DNA of 64,000 bases from Chrysomallon squamiferum (Eukaryota > Animalia > Mollusca), in assembly GCA_012295275.1 (NCBI GenBank), contig CM022673.1, positions 1,178,001 through 1,242,000 on the forward strand, read 5' to 3'. The number at the start of each line of letters is the position of its first letter. Position 1 is the stretch's first letter. Below are positions 1 through 12,266 of this stretch, in pieces. The notes under the pieces were generated by a model. It was not told the origin of the DNA, did no database searches, and saw nothing but the letters and a program-made list of their open reading frames with translations. The translations under genes were made by a program, and so were the position numbers.

Positions 1-411
1 AATGTACACTTTACACTGTTCAAAGAAACATGAGATAAAACACAATTAAACCTGAGACAGTGTACACTTTCTGGATGAGTTCTTGTGTGCAACGTGATGA
101 ACACTGTTTTAATTGATAGTGTTTGTGTAAATACCTTGGAGTTCATTAAAATAACATCTTTGATAAAAATATTAAAGCAAAACAAAAAATACAAAATAAA
201 GTAAAATGATATAAAAAAAAAACAATAACAATAAAAGTTTAATGTTGTATATTAATATATGTTTATATTAACTATATGTTTCAGTGTATTTTTATTTAAA
301 AAAAAAAAATTCTGATTAATTTTATTTTAATTTAAGAAAATTTGATTAAGAATACTGCAAAATTAGTTTGATTTTATACAAATGAATGCAAAAATACATC
401 AATAAACATAA

Positions 412-1317
412 TTATAGATTATTATCTATTTTAATCTTTTTGCCTAAAATTGATATACTTGTTGTAGTTGTTGTTGGTGATGTAGTTGGAGACACATCAC
501 AGTTGAAACGTCCATCCATTGAATATCTCTGTTTCATCACTGTATAGGCTTCAATTAACTTCTGGTCACAGTTTTGAACTCTTGGTTCCATGCAGTTTAC
601 ATACTGTTCAAAAGCTCTGAAGTAAATAAAGAAAGAAAGAAAGTTTGAAAAGGAAGAATATAAAGAAGAATAAATATCATTATGCAACATCAAACATTTA
701 GTTCATTTGTGTTTGCACCTTAAGATACTCAAAAACAGGACTGTTTATTGAAAGTAAAGATGAGCTGCAATAAAAACTCACATTTGTGCATTGTTCTTAA
801 ACATTGGTTTAAAATACATATTAAGTAAATAATAGTAATAAGCAAATAAGCAAATACATAGAAATGATACTTAGTCCTGTATGCTCATTTGATTCATCTC
901 AGTTTTAAATCTTTTGTTTTCTGTAAATCAAGAACTGAAATATCTGTTTATTCATTATTACAACATTTGACTTAAGTCACACAGTACATGTTGCTGTCAA
1001 CAAACAAAACGTGAACTTTTAAGTCAACAAAAATGTTACAAGCTTAAAGCTGGAACATTCTTTAGTGCATGACAGCTGAGAAAAATTCTCATTGTTCCTG
1101 CTTGATGAGCATTTTCGTTTACATTACATAGTCAGCCTGGGTTGTTATTGATTGAAACCTTCCATGACAATACAGTTGTTTTCTAATTTGGAAGTAAATG
1201 AATTTCAGTTATCTGGTAAATGTGAGATTCACTTTGTGGGCATTCTTGATTTGAAATCCGCTTCACACACTCTCACACACACAGACAGACACATAGACAC
1301 ACACACACACAGACACA

Positions 1318-1355
<38 letters not shown>

Positions 1356-4300
1356 TATACTACACACATTAAATTATATAACTAACAGGAGTAAAGTAAC
1401 TGCTAGGCATTTTGTTTTATAGTTTAAACAGTTTACTCAAACACCTGGTCAATTAAGTAACTGTCAGGTAAACTGATGGCAAACATGGACATCTCCTACT
1501 GTTTTGAGACGAACAAATCAACATTGATTCAGAGAAATTGTCGCGACACATCTTTATATGCCTGAACCTTTTGTCTTTTGTTGCTTCTTACAGAGAAGAT
1601 CTGTGTGGTGAAGAAACAATTAACAAAGTCCTAGATTAGTAGTCATTTCGATGAAATAACTTGGAAGATGTCATCATGTTTGAATTAGTTTGAACCAGTC
1701 TGTGATACGTTACGTAAACAGCAGTTAACATGTCATTTTATTTAGTAATGGACAGATTCACAGAAACTGAATTTATATTTGTTGTTATGCTGATTAATTA
1801 CATTGTGGATAGGTTGATATACAGAAGTAATGTCATCATATTTGACTTAATTAACCACATCATGGTTAGTCATAATTATTTCCTGTAATTTGTAATTTTA
1901 TTTAAGTTAATTAACAAAGTTGATAGTAGATGTATAAACGGTATGACTTGTAATGACATGATATTTGAATTAAAAACTAATTCATGGTTAGTCAAGTACA
2001 TAATTTTCTAGTAATTTGTCATTTTGTTCATGGTAATCAAAAAAATTGTCAGATTTGCAGGAATTAACTTTTAATTAACAAATTTGTAGATTGGTAGAAA
2101 CATAGATGAGATAAACTATAATGCTATCATAGTTAAGTTAATTAACCAATTCATGATTAGCTACATACATATTTATTTTTATTTATCTTAATTAACAAAG
2201 TTAATAATGGTCAAATTTTTGTCAGTAATTTCAGATAGACAGATACATACAGAGGAGGAAATTATGGTCATCTTATTTATCTTAAAGTGTATTTACTTGT
2301 AATAAATTATTTGGTTTGTTAATTAACAGTTGTAGGTAGTCTGAGGAGATAACTTGTATTATGTCTAAGTTCATTAACAGTTTTATGGTCCGTCAAATAC
2401 ATAACATTTTGTTTGTTACATTTCATTATATTTTTATGACTTAATAAAATTAAAAATGGACAGATAAATAAGAATAAACATTTAATTAGGTTCACCTTAA
2501 TTAACAAAGTAGTTGATAGATGCCTTGAGGAGATGATTTTCAGTAAATCATCATATTTGAAATACGTAAATAAATAATAAATTTGAAAAAAATGTTTGAC
2601 AGTTTTATAATTTTACAGAAAATGTGTTATATTTATTGCAGAGTGTAAAAGTAAAATGCATAGAATTAAATTTCTTTAAGTCTTCTCCAGTTTGAAAGAT
2701 AGAAAAAGCAACGCATAGAAAAAGAAAATAACTTGTGTAAAATGCTAATATTGCAGATGCCTGTTTGGGTAAAAAGCTAAAACCTTGTGTGCAGCAGATA
2801 TGTGTAAACAAATTATGTGCAAACATGCAAATATTTTTCTTTGTGCATTTGCAGCAATTTGTAAAAATGTTTCACCTTAAAATCATGTCACTTCAAAAGT
2901 TATTGTGCTTTACAAAACAATGGTAGTTGTACTTTAAATATTTACTGTTCTTCACACTTTGTGGATAATTTAGAATCTTAGGATTATTAGTGTGTGTGTG
3001 TGTGTGTGTAAATTGAAATTATAATTCATATTTTTCTAAAGAAGTTTATTTATTTATATTTTTGACTATCATAATTTATTGAATTTGCTGACAGTTATTA
3101 ATTTTATTTTTTATTATTCAAAATAATTTTCAGACTTAAATAAAATTGTTTTAGTATTTGAAAAGAAATATTTTATAATTATTTTTAAAAATATTGTTTT
3201 GTTTTGTCATATTTTGATTCTGCAGGCATGATGTTAAAAAAAGAATTGTAATTTTCTTTTTAGCTGTTATTTTAACTAGACATTTTAGCTATTTAAGATA
3301 TCTTTGCATTAAAAAAAATAAAAAGTTATTTTTATTAATTTTAAATATAGATAGAGTCAATTATTTCTTTTTAAAGTTTTAAATATTTAAGAATGTTGTC
3401 AAATAATTTGTTGTTTTCATTATATATAACACATTTAAATAAATAAATAAATAAATCAATCTGTTTTACTCTAAAACATCTAAGATATTAGAACAACATA
3501 AGTATTTAAGAGTGTTGTGTCGTTTGTGTTACAACTGTATCAGTGATATGTGGTAACACTAAGTGTTTAATTACATGTTTCAATGTAAATAATTAAAAAA
3601 ATACGTGACATAGGAAAAGTGTCTTACTGGCATATCTGATAGTGTGTTGAATGAGGGCTCTTGCCTGCCCGGTTGAGGTTTTCACGAGGTTTGCTGCATG
3701 CATAGAGAGCTTCAATGACATTCTTATCACTGCAGCCGTGACTGACTGAAAGAAAACAGAAACATGAAAGTTATCACATTTGAATAACCTGCCTTTCAAA
3801 TATGCTAGTCATTGCAGAACAATATTTATAATTTTCTAAAATGCAACCCAACATGTTATATATTTTTACCACATATGTTGGAATTAGTCGTGACGTTCAG
3901 TGCAGACAATAGCTGTTCAAATTGGGAACGTTGTTTTATGAAATCTTATTTGAGCTATTTCTTTGTCTTAAATGTTAGAATAAAAAATGAAGCACCTTTT
4001 TCTTTTATTTTTAAAATGATTTTTTTTTTTTTTTTTTTCTTGTCCATATTGGGACTATAATATATGAAATATATGTTAATTATTTCTTTTGTCTTTAAAT
4101 ATGTCATATAATATGCATTTTTTAATCTATTTATTTATTTTTATTTTTTTATTATTATTTGTCCTACCAATATAATTTCTGAAAAATGTATTTCAGTTTT
4201 CACCTTTGCGGATTGGGAATATAATTTCTGAAACATGTTGACTATTTCTTTATCTGAATTTTTGTAGTTTTCTTTCTTATTTTTTTCTTTTTATTTTTTA

Positions 4301-4692
4301 AGGGAGAAAGTAAAAACATTTGTATTAATACATAGTAAGGGCCACAATTTTTAAAATGTTTATTTCATGACCTAATGCACATGTTTTATCTTTTTTGTCC
4401 CAAACTATTACATCATGTATGAATTAACTGACAAATATTCAGATATATCAAATTAATATGAGTGTTTTGCTTCATTTTATAAAGTTATTCACAAAATATT
4501 TTCCATTATAACATTATTATTTCTTGGGTGGTTTTTTGTTTGTTTTATTGTGCTATTATTATTATTATTATTGTTATTTTATCATCATTATCATATCAAT
4601 ATTGTTATTATTATCATCATTATCATTATCATTATCCTCATCAATTAAATTATTATTATTATTACTATTATGATGATGAAGATGTTTTAATT

Positions 4693-4744
<52 letters not shown>

Positions 4745-5542
4745 TTATTGTTGTCATTGACATTAATTCTTTTGTAAATTCCATTTTTCTTCTTTTGATT
4801 TGAATATACATACTGATATTTTGTATCCTGTTTGTTTGAAAATATTCCAGTGAAGCATACAAATTATCTTATTCAAAACACTGTTGGGTGTGAGACAGGT
4901 AATGGCCATGGAGGTAAACTTTAATTGTTCTTGTGCAGTGAAGTTGTGTTTGTTCTGATGACTTGTCTGAAAACGACAGGTCAACTTGGAAAATCTCACC
5001 AGCATGTTGGTGTTGTTGTTAGTTTTTAATTTTTGTTTTTTTTCTCTTCAAATTACCATGATGAAGTGGTTACTCACATTTTCACAATTTCTTTTGCTTC
5101 GTAAAACATTTCATATGATCATACAGCATTCTGTGAATTTTGTGATGCTGTTAATAATAAATTTTGTTTCAAATGATTATTTTTGTATTTAAAAATCAAG
5201 ATATTTTTTTCTTTTAATTTATTTTGTTTTACTTCATAAAATATTTCCCAATGAACCAGAGCATTTTGCATATTTTGTCATACAGGTAGTAATAGGTTTT
5301 ATCTCAGAGGGTTATTTTTGTATTTAAACATCTAGATATTTTTTGGTTTAAATTATTTTGTTTTGCATTATTCATACCAGTTGATGATGATTTGAAAACA
5401 GTAAAATAATGGAATGTAAAACCATTTCCCACAGTTACTCAGAAACGAAGTAAGATTTCTTTTTTAACCCATTTCAGATTTGTTTCCTTGTTTAAAAGAT
5501 TTACTCATATTAAATCATAGGAAAAGTATGCTACTATTATAA

Positions 5543-5593
<51 letters not shown>

Positions 5594-6311
5594 AAAGAAC
5601 ATAAACAAACAGTAAGAAAATATTATTTATTTTCTTATATATTTATTTAATTTCTTAATATTATTACTATTATTATTTTGGTCTTTTAGATAAATAGTAT
5701 TTATAGAATACTTATAGAAGATAATGAATCAACTGTATATCTTAAATAATGCAATTAATTATTTTCTTTTGTTGTTTTTTGTTTTGTTGATTTTAATTGT
5801 AACTGTAAATAAAGGATAAGAAATGTCATTGAAATGATAATAATAATAATAACAATAAAAACAACTATAAACAAAAACAGTAAAGTAAAATAAAATATAA
5901 GTAAACATAAATTAAAAATTAATTGAATGTAATTATTAAAATCTTAAGTGTGATTATGGTTACATTTAACAAACATGTCAATGGCAATTATTTGATGTCA
6001 CTTTGCAGCATTTGAATGTAAAATTCTTTCAAGAAACTTTAAATAAAACATTTTATAAACATTTTAACAATAAATTTAAAAATAAAAAGGAAACAATAAT
6101 TACTTTTTTCTTTTTCAAATTACAATTTTACATTTTTTATAATAATAAAATAATAATAAATATAATAAAAAGAACAAATGAAAATCCCAAAATATAAATA
6201 TTGTTTAAGTATATGCCATGTTTGGAATGTTTGTTTTGTTGTAAATAACATGTACTTACTCTGTGTTGTTAATCCAAGCAGAAAAACGCTGATATACACC
6301 CACACAGCCAT
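412..6311 (-). CDS. Small secreted 6-cysteine protein (neuritin/RGM-N-like Cys spacing), 3 coding exons, nested antisense in MINDY intron
   Basis: Exons 6311-6260 (ATG..A|gtaagt), 3745-3628 (ttttctttcag|..|gtaaga), 616-412 (tttacttcag|..TAA). Phases 1 and 2 match. 124 aa: MAVWVYISVFLLGLTTQISHG-CSDKNVIEALYACSKPRENLNRAGKSPHSTHYQICQAFEQYVNCMEPRVQNCDQKLIEAYTVMKQRYSMDGRFNCDVSPTTSPTTTTTSISILGKKIKIDNNL. Signal peptide, 6 Cys, Thr-rich stalk. 3' end uncertain. Confidence 0.8.
1265..1368. repeat. (CA)n / (CAGA) microsatellite
   Basis: Directly visible CA run with interruptions. Confidence 0.9.
4555..4741. repeat. Compound (ATT/ATC)n and (CA)n microsatellite
   Basis: Directly visible; generates the spurious ORF 4528..4803. 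Confidence 0.85.
5541..5594. repeat. (TAAA)n microsatellite
   Basis: Directly visible. Confidence 0.9.
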
Positions 6312-7370
6312 GTTGTGATTAACAATCCAGAGGTGTTTCATCTTCTTTCTTTTTCCTTTTCTTAAAAAAATTTTGGTTTTCAAAGCAGGATTTCGGTGTT
6401 GGCAGAATTTTAATATTTATCCTGGTTAAATTCTTGCTGTATCACACGCTTCACAAAACAAGCATCTCTGTTTGGAATGATTCGAAAGATGTCTTTAAAC
6501 ACTTACACGTTTCTACAATAAATACAGTCAGGGGGGAAAAAACCCCACCTTAATTCGTTGTAGACTTAAAAACTTTTGCTTCTTTTAATTTTTAAAATTG
6601 TTTATTTTTTAAAATTATGATTTCATTACCAATCACATTTCAGAAATCTTTTCAAAAAAAATATAATATCTTTAACGTCCTTTTTCTTGTTTTTGCGGTT
6701 TCGAAAATTCTTTTGAAACTGTTCCTGACCACCCTTGTGGGATTTTAAGAGGAAGACCTTCCAGGTGAACACAACTGAAGCCAGGATTGTTTGTTTGTGT
6801 ATTGAAGTTTTTTGACGCAGTTCTTTGCCCAATGCCGAAATTCACAGGAAGTCGCAGTCAACAGTGAGCAAATTTGTGATAGCTTAAAAACGTAGAAGGG
6901 TTTTTGTTGCAGTTCGTTGCCACTTGTACCAAGTTCATAATTAGAAGTCGAGACCCAATACTATTTGACCATTCTCTCCTGTCACCAGAGTCTAATATTT
7001 TCATATTTGTTTTCAAATTCTCTTCGTTTAATTTATGAAGAAATATTTGATTTAAGTCAACATTTTTTTTTTTTTTTTTTTTTTTTTGTACCTTAGTTTT
7101 TAAAGATTACATTCAGGATTTTTATGAAAACAATTAAATACCAAAATTTAATTTTTCAAGAGTAGCTAAACTTACTAGATTTAGTTGTGATGCTTTTAGA
7201 AGTATGTAATAGTTTTCAAGAGTTCAAAAGCTTCATTTAGTATACTAGAAAATGTAATCATTATTTCACCTTTCACTATTTTTCAAAAGAAATATTTTTT
7301 TCTTGTCTTCTATGTAAAATTTTAACAGAAAATGTAATTATTGTTAAACCATTTTTTCCATAAAGAAAAA

Positions 7371-7414
<44 letters not shown>

Positions 7415-8424
7415 TTAATAATTAAGAGTAATATAAATATTTTTTTCATTCATTTTCATTTTCATTTTTTTTTTCTAAAGTTAATTTCCAAAATAATTTT
7501 TTTTTCTTGTCTCATCCGTGATATTTGTTGGAAAATGATTTATAAGCATACAGTGAAAAATCAACTCATCTGGCAGATCCAGTTTACCATAATGTTATTA
7601 CTGTGATTATCAGCTTACCTTCATGTGCAAATATTCATTCTTTGAAATGGAACACATTTACAAAAGCCTTGAAAAGTTGTCAGTTTTATTTGGTTATGTT
7701 TGAAATTAATAAATGCCAGAAACAAACACAGAGTGAGCAATTTCATTGTTCAGAAGGAAGGTGATGAAGAAGAGAAGATAAAGAAGAGATTTGGGGAGTA
7801 GAGAGAAATGAGAAGGAAACAACTATATAGGTAGACTGATAGATAGATAATAACTAATAATAATAAAATAAAATAAAAAATAATCAGAACAGCTACATTT
7901 TATTTAAAATTTTCTTTTTGTGGCAACTATTATTATCTTATTTACTTGAAATTGGCATTAATAATGTTTTTTGACATAACAAAAAGAAGGAAAAAAATCT
8001 TTTAGAGAGGAGCAAAAAAAATCTTTTAAGAAATCTTTTAAGGGGAAAAAAAAAAAAAAAGATGTTTTTTACAAAATAATTCAGAAAACGAAGTTTTTGA
8101 ACCAGTAACCCTCTCCATGTGTCTTTAGGAAAAGCCTGCAGAGACGCATTGATCATCTTTGATTTAAAGGATTTCTCCAAGTTTTTACTTGTTTATCAGT
8201 CAACAGAGAAAGTGGCCTGTGTAAACAAACATCCGCGGAGAGATTTGTTGATAAATATATGTCGCTTGCTCACACCTGGACGTTTGGTTCACCGTGTTAC
8301 CAGACTGAATCATCTCATGTCAGAAATTCTAGCAGTAACATTTTTAAAACACCATTTAGACATCTTCGTGATTATCATCCAGTGTTGAAATGTAGTTAGT
8401 TGTTTGGTGAATTTCAGTAGTCTT

Positions 8425-8728
8425 TGGAAATAACTGTTGTTAAACATTAAATGCATACTTTAATTTGTTAAAAAGTAATTTGTGAATTATGTGTCAACAG
8501 ACTTTTCAGAAATAAATATTGTTAAACATTAGATACATGCTTTAATTTGTTGCAGTTTGTGAATTATATGTTAACAGACCTTTTAGAAATACTGTTGTTA
8601 AACATTAAATACATACTTTGATTTGTTATAAAGTAATTTGTGAAATATGTGTAGACAGACTTTTTAGAAATTACTGTTGTTAAACATTAAATACATGAAT
8701 TAATTTGTTGTAAAATAATTTGTCAATT
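8425..8728. repeat. ~80-bp minisatellite, ~3.6 copies
   Basis: ttaaacatta recurs at 8440, 8522, 8598, 8680 with conserved flanks (aatttgtgaattatgtgt..acagactttt). Confidence 0.85.
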
Positions 8729-9384
8729 ACATATCAGTTTTCAAGATACAGGTAAAACAAATATTTTTAGATAAGTATAATTTCTTCATTTTTTTTTATT
8801 TCTGTGATTAAGACATAGTCTTAAATGAATTGATCAAATATGCCTAATTTTTTCAACAGTGATAAAAAGTTTAATGTTCAAAATAAATAAATAATAATAA
8901 TCAAAATAAAAAATTAATGAGAAGACAAAGAAATTGAGCTGGTTACAATATATTGTATTCAGTTTTAATAATTTTGACAGAATTGTTTATCTTCATTAAA
9001 AACATATATACAAAAATATTTCCTCAAAAGTGAAAAATCAACAGTAGAAAGAAATAAAGAAAAAAGACAAACAAGCTCAACCCCACCCAAAATAAAACAC
9101 AAAGATATATTATAAAAAAAATTCACAATAATAATACTTTAGCTAACAAAAACAATAAAAAAAAAAAAATAAAAAAAAATTGAAAAATAAAATAACAAAC
9201 AGAATAAATAAGCAAAACTAAATAAATAAAGAAGAAACACTGGTAGTGATACTGATACATAAAACAAATCAGTAATGTGTCCATGTCCTATATCCAGCTG
9301 ATATTCTACTGGTCCCATTTCACAAACACATCGTTTTAAAACCTCAGTTTAATTTTTTTAACATTTAATTTTTTTTAATTTCAG

Positions 9385-12266
9385 AATGAACTGTTTCTGC
9401 TGATAACTGACCAGGGTTTTCTCACAGAGAGCAATGTTGTCTGGGAAACACTGTCCAACGTGGAAGGTGACTGTCATTTTGTCGATGGCAATTTCCGCAC
9501 ATACACAAAACCTGAACCATCATCTGCAGCTATCGCAGCATCAGAACTTCCCCTCGGAAGTGACCAGCAGATAGATCAAGAGTAAGTGTGTTTTTTATTA
9601 ATTAATTAACTGAATATTATTATTAATACTGTTTTTATTGTCATTTTTATTTTGTTTTATCTTATTTATTTTAAATAATTAACGTGTGTTTCAATATTAT
9701 TGAATTTTAAAAAAAAAAATAAAAAAAAAAATTTTTATCTTTATATTATTGAATGGTTTTTATTTTTTGTTTATATTGATTATTATTTATTATTATCAAA
9801 AGTTTGTTAGTAATTTGTTAATATAATTATATGTCAAATTCTTCTACTTTAAAGCAAAAGGGAGGAAAAAATCACAAAAAAAGACATCTCTAAGAAAGAA
9901 AGAAAAAAATCCATCCCACACCATATTATAATGAAAAACTCCAACAAATAGAAAAAAAAAAAAAATATATATATATATATATATATCAACTCCTGGCCAA
10001 AACTATTTTTCCCCCCCCAAAACCTACAGTTTTTAAGCCATTCTTGGTTTGTTCATTCAGTGCACAAGGAAATCAATTTTCTTTAGGCTAGTTCTTGAAA
10101 ACTAAAGACCAACATAGTCAGAACCTTTTACCTTGGGGACTTGTGTTTTTCTTGAACAGAAGTTTGTCTCTAATCCACGCTGTTATCTATCTGTGTACAC
10201 AGAAGTAAAGGAGGGAAGCCAGATTGTTTCAAGTTCTTAAACTTGGCTCTCGGATCATCAAGGCTGAACACGCCAGCATACCTGGGCGGATTCTGACTGT
10301 TTGTTGTTGTGCTGTTGCCTGCTTATGGCTCATTGGAAAATCGAACAAGTTATTTAAATGTGATAATATTTGCTTCAACTTTTGCACACATTTAGTGAGA
10401 ATTGTGGAACTCTTCAAACAAGAAAAAAGTGTACAAAAAAAACACAAAAAACATCAACATCCTGTACAGTTATTAACTCTTGCTCCAAAACAAACAGAAA
10501 TCCTAAGGTGTTGTGCCGTGGAAAGTGGCCTGTTTTAATTGATAAAGTCCATCATGTGGTTTACGTAGTTGATTTGTGTCATTTTTTGTCTATACAAGAC
10601 TTGCATTTCATCTTGAATATTACATGCATTCAGGACAAAAGCTTTTGTTTAAAGAGTCTGCAAGAATTTTAAGATTTTAAATTGAAACAGTAATGTGGAA
10701 AAAAAAAAAAAAATTAATTTACTTGATAAAAATAAAATAAACATGTGGTGTGGAATCCCAGTCCCACAAAAAAACCTGAACCCCCCCCCCAAAACCAAAC
10801 AAAGAAAAAACAAACCAAAAAAACCCTGAAACAAACAAACAGCCACAAACAACTAACCTACAAACTATTATTAACCCGAAAAAAAAGAAGAAAAAAAAGG
10901 AATCTAATAAGTAAAAATAAATGAAAAAATAAATGTCATTAAGATGATTAACACATTTCTACATTAATTGTATTACTTTTATTATTGCATGAATTTAATG
11001 TATTTACTTCTTTTTTTTTTAACTTTTTTTTTTTACAAATTCCAAAAGGCACAAAAGACTATCATTGATAAGAAAGGAGAAAACATCTAAAAATATCTAA
11101 AATATAAGAATACTGAATTTGTGTTCTGTACAATCTAATTACCTGTAACAATATTTTATCTCATTTTATAGCTACCAGGTGGCACTGTCACTGCAACAGG
11201 AAGTTCAGCTGAGAGATGAAACGGCAGATAACTGGGGTCAGTGTGAACAGAATCAAAGTGACATGCAGCTGGCCGAGTTAGTACTTCACATTTTTAGTTT
11301 TATTTTAATTTTGTTTTATCTTTGTCTGGGATAAAGAGAAATTAAGAATTTTGGAAAAGAACACCTACATTGCAGTTGATAATTTTTTTAAAGAATTATT
11401 GACAAATTCATTTTATTTTATTAAATCTTTGCGTGGGTCACAAGTAACTATTCCCTCTTATCACCTTTTATGATAAACAACCCCACTGTTTCATTGGAAT
11501 CTGCATTTTACTTTGATTTTTCAAGAATTGTTAAATGTAATGACCTTTCCTCAGCAATACAAGCAAATATTTAGTTGTAGATATTTTAAACCAAAAATGT
11601 CTAATTATCACAGATAAAGTATAATCTGTGAATCTTTATTTGCTGTCAGTCATGAACTGGCCAGGAGACTGCAAGAGGAAGAGGACAGGAGAGCTGCAGC
11701 AGCCAATGCTGCTCATCAGAGGTCATCTCAAGGTTATGCTTCATCTGCACAAGGTCAAGGCCATTCATCATCACATTCCTCGTCATCTCGACAGCGAGAA
11801 AGACACGAAAGACGAGAACAAGAGAAAGAAAAAGTAATTGATATTTATTTTCAATAGACTAGGCAAAAATAATCTATTTTAATGGATTATTTTCTGATAA
11901 TTAATACTTTTGGAAACATGTTTGGTACTAGTAGCCCTGATTTGTATGGCTTAGAATCAGCTTCTCTCTCAACATCTTTCACTATAATGATTCAATCTCA
12001 TTTCAATAATTATTTTTGGTTTATGCAATTTTTCAGTCTCACTCTTTATTTGTACATTGTTAGCTTTGCTTGTGTAACAACTTCTTTTTTTAATTATTTT
12101 CATTAAATACTAAATCATTTAAAATTGTTGCTGCAAATCTTTTATAGCAGGTAATGTTTCCTGCTGCCTAGTAATTTATTTCTAATTATACGTGTATATT
12201 GGTGTTTGTGTACAAATTTAATAAACGACAAAACTGTTTTTGTATTTTCAGTGCATTATCTTGTGA
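9385..12266 (+). CDS. MINDY2: Ubiquitin carboxyl-terminal hydrolase MINDY-1/2 (FAM63) family, last four coding exons; 5' part lies outside window
   Basis: Exons 9385-9581 (NELFLLITDQGFLTESNVVWETLSNVEGDCHFVDGNF, matches the MINDY1/2 C-terminal catalytic-domain motif), 11172-11276 (DYQVALSLQQE, MIU), 11650-11833 (DHELARRLQEEE, MIU), 12252-12266 (CIIL*, CaaX). Phases consistent. MINDY1 and MINDY2 cannot be distinguished here; probably a single co-orthologue. Confidence 0.93.

Noticed and set aside
1-160. Possible fourth exon of the nested gene (CSSRCTQELIQKVYTVSGLIVFYLMFL* frame)
   Set aside because: Attractive hydrophobic tail, but no acceptor gives the phase required by the weak donor at 459; the phase-compatible frame is uninformative.
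1429-1475. Short inverted repeat cagtttac..gtaaactg as a pre-miRNA
   Set aside because: Stem too short/imperfect and no recognisable miRNA seed.
1594-1640. Strong + strand acceptor followed by short open frame
   Set aside because: Stops within 16 codons in all frames, no partner exon, no MINDY similarity.
1152-5192. ORF-track entries rich in HT, YY, II or FF runs (also 17579..17764, 50818..51015, 59980..60168)
   Set aside because: Products of microsatellites and AT-rich low complexity.
10224-10852. Cluster of overlapping 67-104 aa ORFs
   Set aside because: Mostly non-ATG starts, no coherent splice structure or protein motif; treated as regulatory sequence.
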